64,000 nucleotides of DNA from Paraspadella gotoi (lineage: Eukaryota > Animalia > Chaetognatha), in contig CM119265.1 in the NCBI GenBank assembly GCA_051294375.1, positions 1,552,654 through 1,616,653 of the forward strand, in the 5' to 3' direction. The notes beneath the pieces were generated by a model. It worked only from the letters and a program-made list of their open reading frames with translations. It was not told the origin of the DNA and made no database searches. Position 1 is the first letter of the stretch, and every line of letters starts with the position of its first letter. The position numbers were made by a program, and so were the translations under genes. Below, one piece after another: positions 1-14,800 of the stretch.

Positions 1-2871
1 TTTCGTCGTCATCATCGTCATTCATCATCACGTCTCTGTCTCTCTCTTCTTCTTTTCTTTCTCTTCTTCTTCTCTTCTTTCCTCCTCTCAACTCCTTTCC
101 ATTTCAGTCAAAGGGTTATGCTCTTCCTAAAGTTGCAGCAGATTAAATTTTCCTTGAATCTCTTTCTTTGATTCAAGGGAAAGAAATTGTATTAGAGAAA
201 GAAAGAAAGAAAGAAAGAAAGAATAAACAAGAAGAAAGGAAAGAAAGAAAGAAAAGAAAAGAAAATGAAAGAAAGAAGAAAAGAAAGAAAGAAAGAGAAA
301 GAAAGAAAGAAATATAATTCATTTGGAAACAACCAGATGGCGTTAATATATTATTTAAAACATTAATTAAAATATTTACAATATTTAAAACGCCGCCTAT
401 TTTATTTCCAGATCCCTGAAATGTCCCAAACTCTCGACGCGCGATCGACGCAGCGTGACTACGGCGCGTGCGTCGGCGAAAGGGGGAACGCGAAATTCGG
501 CGCCGGGAGCTTCGTTCGATTGCGGCGCGCCGGGTTTACGACTTCGCTTGTGCCAGGGAGAAAGTCGCGGCAATGCGAGGGAATGGTGTGCCGAGCGAGG
601 AACCGGAATGTTAGAGGGAGTAGGGGATTATTTGTTATTTGATTGATTTGATTTGATTTTGATTTGATTTGATTGATTTGATTTGTTGATTTGATTATTT
701 GATTGATTTGATTTGATTTGATTTCGATTTTGATTTGTGATTTTGATTTTGATTTGATTTGATTTTCTGATTTGATTTATTTAATGATTTATTGATGATT
801 TGATTTTGATTTGACTGTTTGATTTGATTCGATTTGTGGATGGATTTAATTTTTTTATGAATTGATTTATTTATGGATTGTGATTGATGGATTATTTTAT
901 TATAGACAGATGATGCTGTTACGGATTGATTTGATTGATTATGCGTAATATTTGTCATGATATGTTTCTAAACGGGAATGGACAACGAATACTACACAAT
1001 GAATATAAATGTTAATAAATATTGAAGAGCTAAACTATTTTAAATAAATATTTTAATGCTTCAGTTTCATCTTTGAAGATGAAGGGTCGAGAGACGATTC
1101 GCCTTCTCAGGCAGAACCCACGAGAAGAAGACGTTGAGTTATTTGATTTAAAAAAAACATTGTTAAATATTTTATTAATTTAATTAGACTTGAATAAATT
1201 ATTTTCAAATGAGTTAGGGTTTTTCTTTCTTTCTTTCTTTTGCTTACTTTTTTTTTTTTTTTTTTTTTCTTTTTTTGCTGACCAAGTTTATGAATTGTCA
1301 ATATTTCATTTCCTTTTATGAATATCTATTATTCATTTACTTTATTTTCTATTAAATCTTTTTTGTTCTTTCTTTCTTTCTTTCTTTCTTTCTTGCTTTT
1401 CTTTCTTTTCTTTCTTTCTTTCTTTCTTCTTTCTTCTTTCTTTCCTTTCTCTCTTTCTCTCTTTCTTTTTTTTTAATTTTTACTCCTTTTTTAATATTTT
1501 AGCGACCTTCTTTCTTCTTCCTTCTTCTTCTACTTTATTTACACATAAGATCCTTTAGATAATTGGGAAAAATCTTGTTATCCTACTTATTAATATTCAT
1601 GATAGATTGTATATACATATATACATTTAATTTACGCTCGTTTGAGATTTAAGATTTGTGGTGGAAGTGTTCGTCAATTTTTGTTTTAATTTCGTTTAAT
1701 TTCTGGTTTTTTTTTTCTCTCTTTTTTTTTTATTTTTTTAATTTCGCAAAAAAAAATATTTTTTTTTTTTCATTTTTCGTCAAAAAATAAAACACGTGGA
1801 TTTACAATTAATTCTACAAAATATTTTATCTATTCCCACTGCACCTAATTGCAGAATATATCATATTATCATTAACCACATAATCGTACGCTCAAAAAAT
1901 AATATTAAAAAATTATTTTAAAATTAATTAAAATTAATAACAGCACATGACATTTCCGATGATACTAATTAAACATCAAATAACAATCACTTAACATCGT
2001 TTATATTTCACCACACATAAATATTTTCACAATTTTACAATTTTCAAAACCAAAATCACTTTATCACTTAACCATTTATCATTAACCAATTTATCACTCC
2101 CAAAATGAATTAAATCATTAACTAATCCCGTCTCGCCTGAATTTCGGCTCACCTTTGCCCGCTCTCGCCTGAATTCGGTCTCACTTTTTGCCCGCTCTTG
2201 CCTGAATTTTGGGTCTCTCCTTTTGCCGCTCTCCCCTGAATTCGGTCTCACATTTGCCCGCTCTCGCCTGAATTCGGTCTCACCTTTCCCGCCTTCGACT
2301 CGCTCTGCCCGCATTTTTGATCATTTCGTCTTTTGCTCTTTTAGTTTATTCGTGTATTTCGCCATTCTACAAATAAAAAAAAATTTAAAACAACAACAAA
2401 AAAAACTAAAAACGACAACGAAACAACAACAACAGACCACAACAAAAAAAACACATCGCGCCCACGAAAAATAAACCCTAATCGACCACAAATATTCGTC
2501 TTTCCACAAAACCGCGCCAACCATCACAAACTGTTTTCCTCGCCACTCCCGCCGCTAACCGCTCGACTTTCAGACCCACTGCGGAGGCGCCCCCGCGAGA
2601 TCGAGTACGCGTATCACGACGGCGATCCGCGCCGCGTTTCTTTCCCCTTCGATACGCAGCCTGCTTTATCGATGCAGAAGAAGGATACGAACCTTTTACC
2701 GGATTCCATGCCACATTGTGTCCATTCAGCCGACATTGTCGGGAATCGCAGTTTGGGTTCGACCAAAACTGAGTTGCCAACGTTTGGTTGGGGTGAAGGG
2801 AGAGAGAGAGGAGAGAGAGAGATGAGCGAGAGAGAGAGAGGAGAGAGAAAGAGAGAGAGAAGAGAGAGAGC

Positions 2872-2909
<38 letters not shown>

Positions 2910-5186
2910 AGACCGACCGGATTCGATAAATAAAAAGAGAAGAGGCAATGATAGAACTTCACTGAAAGATTAGGAAAGAGAGAAAAGAAAATGTTAAAAA
3001 AAGAAAAAGAAAGGGAAAAGAGAAAAGAAAGGGAAAAGAAAAGAAAGAAAGGACAAAGAAGGTGCGATAAAATCGAATTCGCGGGGGAAATTTTTAAAAA
3101 ATAAAGGAGGGGAGAAGTTTTTTATCGATTTTCTCAGAAATGACTTCGTTATACTTGAGAAAGAAAAAGTCGAATGTCTTTTGATTTTTTCCTATCGAGT
3201 CGAAGTCTGAATGTTTCGTTGATTAGTTCCCGACATCCGCGTGAAAGATAAAAAGCAATTTTTAAAGAAATAAAAAACAAAAGATTCTTCAATACTTGCA
3301 TTAGTTATGATTTAATCCACTAACGTTTATTTTCGCACTAAAAAAAAAAAAAAAACTTTAAATTATTCCGCCTTTTGTTGAAAAAAAAATTTGAAATTTT
3401 CAACTTTTTAACGATTATTTATATTTATCTTCCCCCCCAAAACAACAAACAAAAATGCCCTAAACAACAAAATTTGAAACGAAACTGAAAACAAAATATA
3501 TCTGACGACGACGACGACGACGACAAACAATGACGACGACAACAATGACGACGACAACAATGACGACGACAACACGACGTCCCTTTTCCTTTCCGGACCT
3601 CTCACAAACATCAACCTCATACATCAATCTCTTCCTCAACTACATCAACGAATTCTCACCATCACATATCACACATTTTCCATAATCACTTTCCGAATCA
3701 CCTCTCCCCCATGCCAACTGAAAAAAAAAAAAGCTCGCCATTGCGGCACCCGGGGCAAAGCTGGCCAAACGCCAAGCTGCTGCCGGCAAAAAGTTCGAGT
3801 TTCCCGCCATCGTGAATTCGCTCTGCAAGTCTGGATTCCGGCCGTCAGGCGCCGGAAGGATTGTCGAACGCCCCAAATTATCTCTCCAAGTTGGGGAAAA
3901 TTGAGAGCAGAAAGGACGAAGTGGCGGGACAAACCCGTCTGCAAGTGCCTACGTAGAGATTTTCATTTTTCGTTTTCTGTCTTGGCTCATTATTGAATTA
4001 TTTTGATTGAATGATTGATTCATTGATGATTTGATTGATTAATTGCTTGATCATTGATTGATTATATTAACTTAATAGTTTAGTAACAAAGTTAGTTGCA
4101 TTTGGATCGATCGGAGTCCGATTAAATCTCCGTTAGCCTTCTTCCGAAAGCACCCCTTTTCAGCTTAAATTTAAGAAATTGATGTTCTTTTTTTTAGATA
4201 GAACACGATTAGAAAAGGAAAATAAAGGGATTGTCAGAAAAATGGTGACAGTTTTTGTTAAGGATTTAGGTTAGTTTAAGATTAAGAAACGATGGGTAAG
4301 AATTAAGTTTAAGATTAAGAATCATTTATAAAGTTATTAAGGTTAATTAATTAGGTTAATATTTTAATTCGGAAGATTAGGAACAGAAATAAGATGCCTT
4401 TCGAAAAATAGGTTGCAAAGTTCCGAAATGCGAAGGGAAAATCTGACGGGAAAATCTTTCATATTCAACGCTCTCAATATGAGAGGCGAGAGCCACACGT
4501 GGCTCACAAATATGAGAGGCGCATTGCCACTCTTGCGTCACAATATGAGAGGCGCATGCCCCACACTTGATTCACAAATGTGTCTCTCCTTCACGACACA
4601 CGTAATTAAATATTTGCTTGAAAATAGTTTAAATGTTTTTTGTTAACTTAAATTAGCCGTAGCAACAGTAGACCCGAGTTTGGTTATTCTGCCTTCAGTT
4701 TTTTTTTTTTTTAATTCTTTAAATTATAGATTAACAATTCTTCAATCCATGATTTTTCCTGCATGTTATTTTATTTAAATAATCCTGATTTCGTTTCACT
4801 CTACATATTTGAATTATATTTAATTCATTTTCGTTGTTTGCAATTTATTTCACATCTCTTATTTATAGCGTTTGAACCACCCATTCTTGCTAGATCAGAT
4901 GCAGTCAGTCAAGGCGCATCTCTTTTCTCACGTTTCATCCCTGTTTCATCTTATGCAGCCATTCAATGCGATTGTCTTTTCTCACGTTTCATCCCTGTTT
5001 GCATCTTATGCAGCCATTCAATGCGATTGTCTTTTCTCACGTTTCATCCCGTTTGCATCTTATGCAGCATTCAATGCGATCATTACCAAACTTCGTCACG
5101 GTCTCGACCATCGGTGGAGAAACTTCATCGGATCGATAGGCAAATAGTCAGATTCAAGCTGCGAATTTCTCGTACACGTGATTGAG

Positions 5187-5217
<31 letters not shown>

Positions 5218-8200
5218 AATATTTTTATCTATTCGTTTTAGTCATTATGGAGATATGTGATATTTCGTTATCAGTTATTTTATGAGTCATAAATTTATTT
5301 TATGAATACGATCATTTCATTCATTCATTCATTCATTCATTAAATGTATTATTTATTCATTCATTCATTCATTCTTTAAAATATTTGTTCATTCATTTAT
5401 TCATTCATTTATTCATTCATTCATTTATTCATTCATTATTTATTCATTCAGTTCATTCATTTATTCATTATTCATTCATTCATTTATTCATTCATTCAAT
5501 TCATTCATTCATTCATTCATTCATTCATTTACATTCATCGTTCGTTCGTCGTTCACTTACCTCCCAGACTCATCGGCCCGTCGAACTTACATGCGGGCAA
5601 TGACGGGAAATGGAGCCGACGGCCTATGCCCAAATGTCAAGGTGAGTCACATGACCATGTCAGGTGACATTTCACGTGACATGGTTCCGGACTGATCACT
5701 TGATTTTAGTTTCATGCGTCCGGAGTCAAAGTTTGCATCTAAAAAAAAGCTGACGTGTTAATCTCAAAATGTCTTTTGTAATATTTCAAAATAATAATTA
5801 AAAAAATGCTAATTAATTCACATCAAAAAATGAATATAAAATATATATTGAAAAATCAATAATAATAACAAATTTAACAATATTTGTTTTCAATCGCATA
5901 ATCCATTTTTTAATTACACGTTTTAAAAAGCAGAAAACATCTAATTTCAATTAAAATACATAAATAATTACAGTACTTTAGATTTACTAACAAAATTATA
6001 TTTAAATTACTATCTTTTCAATTTCTTCATTTCGCCTGCGGATGGATAATACGACAACAAACAACAACCGCCTTTCATTTTTTTTATTTATTTAAACTTG
6101 AAAATATAATTTTTTTTTGAATTCTTATTTTTAATTTAAAAATATTCAATAAAAGTGAAATAAATAAAATCGGAATGAACACAAACACGTAAATATATCA
6201 CACCTTGTACGAATGGTGAAATCACATTATGTCACAAACCGCCACGGAACAAAAACCACGCGCATCCAACGCACACAACGCCATCCAAAACGCCACTCCA
6301 AACGCCACACCAACGCCATTCCCAAACGCCACTCAACGCCATCCAAACGCCATCTTCAGCTTATTCCATCTACAAACGCGTTCCTTCTCATTTCCATCAT
6401 TTCCAGAGATTGACTCGGCAGAATTCTATTTTCACCCTCACTTAAATCAAGTTCACCATTCACAGACGCAAAACTTTTTCACCGGCCGTACGAAGGGAAG
6501 AGCGAGAGAAAGAGGAGACGCAGAAGAACGGCGAGCATTGCGTCACGCCAGGTAGAATTGCCGGTTAGTTCGATTGCCCGTCGAGGGTGTATTTAGAGTA
6601 TTCGCTGTGGTATTACTACCAGGGTGGGATTACCAGCAATATAATATTTTCTTTTCCATCGTAATTGTCCCCATAAATTACTTTAAAAAATATTACATCT
6701 AGCGAAGTCATAGACAACAAGTATTGATTCCATTATCGTGATTTTGTATCCGAATACTTGAACTCGAATTAAACATAGTCTAATCGGACATGTACCACTT
6801 ATCTCTCTATTTCTGTTGTGTTCCTTTACAAAAATATATAACATTAGTATTAGTTTTTTTGAAATAATTATTATTTTTGTAAAAGTCATTATTTCTTTTT
6901 TATTATTCCAACATCATTATTCTTTTCAAAAAAAAAAACTTTTATTTCGCGCTTTCTACTTTCCGCTCGGATAAGTCAAACACTACTTTTAGCTACAACT
7001 TGGTATAGGATTTTTTGAATTATCTAATATCACTTTCATTCTTTACATTGGCAATAAATTTTTAACCCGAATAAAAATCGATGAATCATTCGATTCTTGT
7101 GAATATCAAGATTTTCACTGTTCCGGACTCTAATTTTTGTCGCCATCCCCCAATCAGAGCTCAGTCCTTTTATTTTATTGAAATTTTCATTTTGAGTCTC
7201 TCCACCACGTATCGCAAACACATGAAGTCGCATGGGTATTTTAATGATAAATAATAGATAATCATATGTCTAGTTGATGCTGAATAAATTGGATGTGATT
7301 CTTAAAATGGCATTAAAACAACTAATATTGCGATCAGAGTAAATTATATGGGATGTATAAGAATGGGACTGGTCCTTGAATTAAAGAGCTTAACCTTAAG
7401 CAAGCCAGTAGGAGGGGCGAGAGAACTGACGCGAAGTTAGGAGAGAAACGTGTTTGACGGAACCGACGAAGACAATTATAGTGAGCCTGTGCAGGTTGGA
7501 AATTCAATATGATGGAATTAGGAATAGAGAAATCGAGAAAGTCATATCTTATAACTCACCCTACCATCCAAAACACCTTCTCCAGAAAATCGACTGGCAA
7601 ATCTCCCGGGAATTCTCCACAACGGATACATTGAAGGAGATCGAACGACTCTGGGAATCGGTTATCGTCTTTCAAATGCGTCGGGGCGCGTCAGTTCGAC
7701 GTTCTGAGGAACCCTACATACATACACGAGTCCGAGATCTTCCTGCAATGGGAGGACGGACTTGGTCCATCCGCTCGTCCTAAATGCTGGCGGTCAGAAC
7801 AATAGTGATGAAAGTGAAATATCGCTGAGAAAAGAGTTCAACAGTGTATGTATTTGGGATGATAGTAGTGTTTGAGGAACAGTCTTAGTTGTTGTTGTCG
7901 GTCGTTGTTATTGTCGTCGGGTTTGTTGTGTGTCTTCGCTTGTTGTTGTTGTTGTTGTTGTGTATGTTGTTCTTTTATGTCCTGTTGTATCATTATAGTA
8001 ATTAAAAGAGTAGTAGGAAGAGAGTGAAAAAAGTTAGACTTCATTTTTTGGGCTGGTCAGATCAATAATTAAATTAAAAACATTGAATTAATTACTTGTT
8101 TTGTTTGCTTTGTTGATTGTTGAGTATAGCATAAAAATCTGGTAACGCAATTTACTGTTGCAACAACAAAAAGACAGATACGTGTTTAAAGTTGATACAA

Positions 8201-8817
8201 AATAGAATTACCATTACTTAAAATAATTATTATTGATGATTATTAATGAGAGTATTCACAGCCCCAAAGATTTTTAACTTATCCGATGGTTAACACTCCG
8301 CTCACCTCACACTAAGTACTTCTACTTAAAATATTGTAAAAGAAATTACTTTTCTTGCCACCATCTGATGATCGCTAATTTCCGTAACACAAAGAGTGTG
8401 TTGTGTGGCTTTTTTGTGCTCCCAAATATCTCTCTCTCTCTCTATCTTCTCTCTACGCTGTCTCTACGGTTCCTCTATCTCCTGCTCTCTTTCTTTCTCT
8501 CTCTCCTCTCTCTCTCTAATCAATCTCGTTTTTGCTCTCATTTACACTCTAACGTTCCCCACCACAAGAGAGCTTGCGTGGTCTCCCCGAGTTTGTGCGG
8601 CACACGGTCTTCACCAACGAAATGACAGTACACGGGAAACATAACCTCCTACAAATTCGCTACTCTTGGTTTTGGTGGTGTGGTTGGCTTCGCATCCCAA
8701 ACGTGTTTGAATCCCTATCTTCATTCATAACATTCTTCGCCTTGCGCGTGCCATTTAATTTATAAAAAAAAATAATGGTCAACTCGTTGATTTTACCAAA
8801 AACAGTCCACCACCTGC
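1..8817 (+). other. Indel-rich duplicate of about 16575-24340 (LEV-9-like locus); probably uncorrected long-read fill rather than a true pseudogene
   Basis: Collinear in both introns and exons (exon copies at about 412-619, 1065-1132, 2572-2781, 3733-3948, 5069-5178, 5568-5641, 6406-6590, 7585-7791). Differences are mostly single-base indels, quality decays toward the end, and the copy stops at a 25-N gap. Confidence 0.8.
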
Positions 8818-8842
8818 NNNNNNNNNNNNNNNNNNNNNNNNN

Positions 8843-11800
8843 AATAGAGCCCTCAATGATATCAACAGTTTATTTTCAGAGTGTACTGTAGCAAAGCGCT
8901 GCTATTTACTTTTTCCGCGCCTAAATACTTATCAATATCTATACAGTCGCAGATTACCTATAATTTACACAACCTACTAATACAATTGATCCATTAAACA
9001 ATTAGTATTTCCTTATTGTCGAATAGTTTCCTAGAATATTATCCGTTTCTATTTTCCTCTGGTCTCGTCTCTCTCCTATCGTATTATTACATTGATTTTC
9101 TCTCTCGCTACTCCTCATACATTTCAATCGACACTTTCGTTACCTCCTCGTCATCTCATCAGACTTCTCTGCATCTCTCCTCCTCCTTCTTTTCTCTACT
9201 CTCTTTACTCTTCTTTCTCTCTATCGTTTACTATCCGCATTAGCCATTTTCCACTCGACACCCAATTCCAAGGGAACAAACAATTTTCTTTTTACCTTGC
9301 TGGATGTTAATCAGTTATAAAGCTTTGGAGCGTGCGCAATAACTCTTTCACTCTTTTTTTCTTTTCTTTTCTTTTCCTTTATCTTTCGTATTACTTTTCT
9401 TTTGTGTGCCGTTTTTCTCTCCTTTGTCTCCTACTATTTTCTTTCTTTCTAATTTCTTTCCTTTTCTTTTTTTTCCTTTCTACATCTCAATTATCTTTAT
9501 CGTCTCTTCTTTCTTTGCTTTCTGATATTTCTTTCTTTTCGTGTGTTTTTTATTTTTACCTTTCTTCTCCTTTTTTCACTCCTTATAATTCTTTGTTTTC
9601 TTTTTATTGTCTCTCCCTTCTTCTTATGTCACGCCGGTTTTTCCTTTCTCTCTCTTTATTTTCGTGTCTCTCTATTCACGGTTCTCACTGTAACTTCTCC
9701 TCACACCGGACAACGGCTCTTTTTCTCCACGAGAAGCTTAACTTGTCGTTTCTTGGCGATTTAGGGTCATTTATAAAGTTCTTATAGTTTTCGTTCAAGT
9801 ATTATATCTCTTATTTCGTATATGGTTTATAGTCTATTTTTCATTTTCTCCTCAGTTAACACCCTCTTCCATTACTACTCTTAACTGTTGCTATTCAAGT
9901 AGCCCGTAATATACCTCCAGCAATATGCTATACCTGTCGGGCGCTCTCGTCCAACCTCCTTCCTTTTCCTCCTTCGTGCGTTCCAGTCCTCTCCTGATAT
10001 TTCATAATCTCCTCCCCTAAGATCGCACTTTTAGGCGTTAACCCCCTTCATTTTTTCATGACATGTTTATATTCCACTGTATTCCTGGGCCCCTCTTAAT
10101 TTTAATTTCGTTCCAGTTATCTCTATAATATATCTAATTATCCAAATTTCCTATAATATTTTCTCTCCATACGATCCATTTGGCACTTCAAAACAATTTT
10201 AACGGTTATCTATACTTTGTTATACCCCAAGAGATTTTATCTATCATTTCATCATTACGATGCAATAATTTCAGATTCGTTCAAATCGAATGTACAATAG
10301 TGCTTTATCAAAACAGTTATAGAATCAGTCAATATATACAACCGTACTGTATTCATCTTATACGAGATCAGCTAGTGAAACGATATATTTTCAAAATGGA
10401 GATTTGCGCTTTCAAATTCTTCAGACTACCACTGATAAACATACGATATAAATCATACACTCGCGATACTCCATGCGAGTGAACAAGTATCTTGACAATT
10501 GCGAGAATACATCTCTCGATTCCATAAACCAGACACTCGATTCAGTATTTATGTTGTATAATTTGAGATCATGTTAAAGTGTCTCGAGCGGCATATCTGT
10601 TTACATTCTATTATAATGTAATTTTAACCATATTTATTGAACACCAAAACCATCAGTAATTTAAATGCGAGAGACCTTCTGTGATGCCTGCCTCACAGGA
10701 GAAATTATTCTCTCTCTACATTCTGGTCATATTCTTTTTTTCTATAATAAATTAAATGGAATTTCAAGACTTTCATACTAATATAACTGCATTTAAAAAG
10801 AGATGTATGTGAAATTTTACAAATAAACTTCAAATATCAGAAAATCCTGGATAAGCCATATGTCTGATAGGTTGCTAACTCTACAATTTTATCTTTAACA
10901 TTTGTTTTTAGTTATTTTAAAATATGAAACGTTATCATGAAAAAAGTGGATTAGATCAATTATTTGGTGAAATTTTTATGATAATAAGTTTAAAAGTAAA
11001 AGAAGGGAGCTACTGATCGCGAATTGCTTAAGAGTTTTTCAACCGGAGTTCAGTTCTTGCACTCGGAGGAAAATTCTTCATACATTGGCACGATAAATCT
11101 TTCCAATGAAGGGTGTTGGATTTTTCCCGAAGATTTTGCTAATATTTTCTATTAATTATATATGTATATCTCGGATTTTTTTATTGTATACCTTAAAACC
11201 TATATTAGCAATATATAGCCTATTTAAATATATCCTCACATTGGCCGTAAAAGAATATATTAAAAAAACCTCTCGTCTTTTTTCGTCATAAACACCTTAG
11301 TCCTATGTTTCAAGGGATTTCAAAAGAGAAAAAAATAAGCACTATCCTAAAACTGAACAAATAATTGTTTTATACATAATTTTAAATGGGGTCAAATTAT
11401 TTTTTTTACATTGCTATACTTCTCCCTCCGCTTACGCCTCCTTTTCTCATTTCGCGGAGACAGAACAAAATTTATCACTTATACTATGATTTTCTACTGT
11501 TATGTGGTGATTGATTAAAATTAAAAATGACTAAAGATTCTCATTTAGCGACGTCTCTCCCATTTCTCTTTTACATATCTTCTCAACCAAGTCTGTTTTT
11601 CACGTTTCTTACTCTTCTCGAACACCTTCCGTGTCAAAAACCACGCATTTTAGCACCTACACACACAGATTTTTCTTACCTTATTTTACTTTCAGCTTAG
11701 CTACCGACTCTCCCTTTCTCCTACATCTCACTTCTTCAATCTCTTTCTTCCTCCTCCTCCTTCACTTTTTTTCTCCTTTATCTTTTCTCTTTCATCTTCT

Positions 11801-14800
11801 CTCTCCTCTTTCCTACCATCCTATAATACCTTCACATATCCTACTCCCTGCCAAATGGGCATTATTCAAAATTATCAGAAAATCAGAGAAAATTCCAGAA
11901 TTTTTTTGTCCGTGAGTAAGAGAAGCAGAAGGAGAGCTTTGGGAGGATAATTTAAGGGATGCAGTCTTAGATTGATATAGAGAGCGAAACGAGGCGAGAG
12001 ATTCTAGATGGGAGAGAAGCGAGGAAGAGTAGGAGAACACCATCCGTTATGTAGTTGGTGATGTAGAGATGAAAGAGCACTCATTCATCTCAAGGGAGAG
12101 AAAACATATGATTGAGGTGAGATCTCTTTTACTTTGTTTTTTGAGAAATTTCAATTAAGCAGTTCATCCATTTTTAATTTCGAAAAGTGGTTTTTACCCA
12201 TCTTCCTATTCCTTCTCTCTCTTTTCTGACTCTGTCTCTGTATCTCTCTCTTCTTTGATTCAGTCTCCTCTCTACTTCTCTTCTCTACTCCTCTCTCTTC
12301 TCTCTCTCATCTCTCTCTCTCTTTCTCACTCCTCTCTCTTCTCTCTCTCATTCTCTCTCTCTCTCTACTCTCTCTCTTTTCCACGACTAGGCAATTTAAA
12401 CTTCTCAATTAAAAATATAGAGCTCGCTCTCTGGCACGCTGTCTGCTTCTTTTTCTCTCACCAATATTCTCTACATACATTTGACCAGTCCTATTGTACC
12501 TCTACTTCTCCTTCTTCTCTCTCATCCATCTCTCTCTCTCTCCTCTCTCTCTCTCCTCTTCTATCCCATATACTCCTCTCTTTTCTTCTCTCTACCTCAT
12601 GCCATCTTCCTCTTCATCATACTTATTATCCTCTCTCACTTGCATCCCTCTCTTCTTCCTCCTCTCCTCCTCTCCATGATCCCCTCATTTCTCATCTCCT
12701 CTTCTCCATTCTTCCTCACCCTATACATTTTTCTTTTTTCTCAAATCTGTTTTTAAATCGCTTACAATAACGTGTGTTCTCTTCCGCTCTTTTTCATTCC
12801 ACTTCTCTTCCGCCTTCGAGAAATGCGTCAACTCAACCGAGCTCTCTTTCCAGAAGGACTGTCGTCTTTCTGTCTTCTCATTCCTCTTCTCTTTCTCTCT
12901 TTCTTTTTTAATCTTTTCATTCGTTTTTCTTTCCAATTTTTTTTTCTTTTCTTTGCTCTCTTGTCCTTTCCTTCCCCTTGCTACTTAGCGTATTCCTTAC
13001 TTTCATTATCCTTTTCCTAATACCTCTTTCTATTTTTTTTTCTCTATTTACATTTTTTCGGCTCTTTTGTACAGCTTTTTATTTTTTTTATTATAAGTGC
13101 TCGAAATAACTCTCTCTTTTTTTTTAGAGCCTCTTTTTTGAAGGCTCTCCGTTATTTATAAAATTATCTTAAATTTATGCTTCTCAAAACTGTTTTATTT
13201 TCGTTTTAGATGTTTTTCTCCCGTCAGTGAAAAAGATTTACTCAGTCTCGAAAATAGCGATATTTTTATAACGAAAAGGAAAAGGATGTGACTAAATCAG
13301 AAAATATATTACAATATTAAAGAATACAGTAAAGAAGCAATAGCTTCAGAATGATTAAATAGCTGTAGTGCTTAGTCACCGACAATCCAGTGTCTACTAG
13401 TCTCTAGCGGATCAGAATCAAAAGCTGCGCGTCTTTGTGCATTTTATTGGTTTCGAAACTCGTCAACATCGTCACTTCGTAACATAATACATTCAAGTTA
13501 TCACTTACTCAATTTATAAATATTAGTACACTCACTCCCACCACCTGTTACGCACAACATGACAAGGAAATGGTAATTAGATGTATCATGGTACTTCGAG
13601 AACTTTTGGTTCCTTCTTCTAAAGCTCTAAAGCGAATTACTATTTAGTATTTATCATACAACCTCAAAATCTAGTTTCTCCAATTCAACATATTTTATAT
13701 GTAAAACAAAGAATCTTTCCTCAATTTAACTATATGCTAAATAAATACCATTAAATGTACCCGAGATAATTAGTTTCTAAAGATGAAATTTCTTCCCTAT
13801 CTCTCGATAATTTACTATATAATTCCTCGCTCCTCTCTGCTCGTCTTATTGCCTACCGCATCGCCTCTCTTTGGTTACAGTGTGTTAGTCTTTCTAGGTC
13901 CGCCTCCCATTCCTTTTATCTATCTTGTCTGACCCAAATAATCTTGACCCGCAGTCAAGTTTCATCTCGAGCGGGTTGACGTTCAAAACTCGAGTTGTAC
14001 TCTTGTCGACCCACGCTCGGTTGCAATCTATCACTTTACCCTGTCGATTCTCCCCACGCCCCGGCCAATCATTGCACTCTTGCCGGGACCCACGCCGGTG
14101 CACAGGGAGATGCGAGAATCTTTCCCTCCTTTTCTCTTTTCTTTTTCCATCGTTAACAACCTCTCGCGTTTCTACGGTTCGAACTCTCCCACTCCTCTCC
14201 CTCATAACCAATATTCTGTTCTTTCCATTCTGACTTCTTCCTCTCTTATATCTCTCCTCTCCTCTCTCTCTTCTTCTCTTCCTCTTTTCTCTCTTCTCCC
14301 CTCTTCTCCTTCCTCTCTTCTTTTCTCTCTCATTCTCTCCTCTCCTTTCTCCCTGCCGCTCGGTCTCAACCTACTCAACCAATTAACTGAAAAAGCTCGA
14401 AGTGAAGGCTGCCTTCTGTGCTCTCTCTTCTACTGCCTTCTCCCTCATCCATCTTTTCCTATTTCTTTCTTCCTTTTTTCCCTCCCTCTCTTCTCTCTCC
14501 TCTCCTTATTCCATTTTCTCCTTCCTTTCTCCCTCTTCTTCTTCCCTAATATTCCTCCTTCTCTCTCTCTATATTCTCCTCTTCTCCTCTTCTTCTTATC
14601 CTTTCTCTCCTTTTTTCTCTCTTACTTTCTCTTTTTTCTTTCTCAATTCTTTTTTACTTTTTTCTTGCACTCATTTCATTTCCCCCCTTTCTTTCTCTTT
14701 TCTCGGCAGATGAAGAGATGTATGAGACATCGTAGATGAGTGAGGAGATGAGGCACGAGAGCTCAGGAGAGATGTGAGAGAAGAGAGAGTAGAGAGAGAC

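Noticed and set aside
1-8817. Tandem lev-9 paralogue or pseudogene
   Set aside because: Divergence is indel-dominated, equal in exons and introns, and worsens toward a 25-N gap, which fits raw-read error better than evolution.
14040-14120. WAP-domain exon (CRDPRRCTGRCE)
   Set aside because: Cys spacing and splice sites do not fit, and the region is too noisy to support the call.
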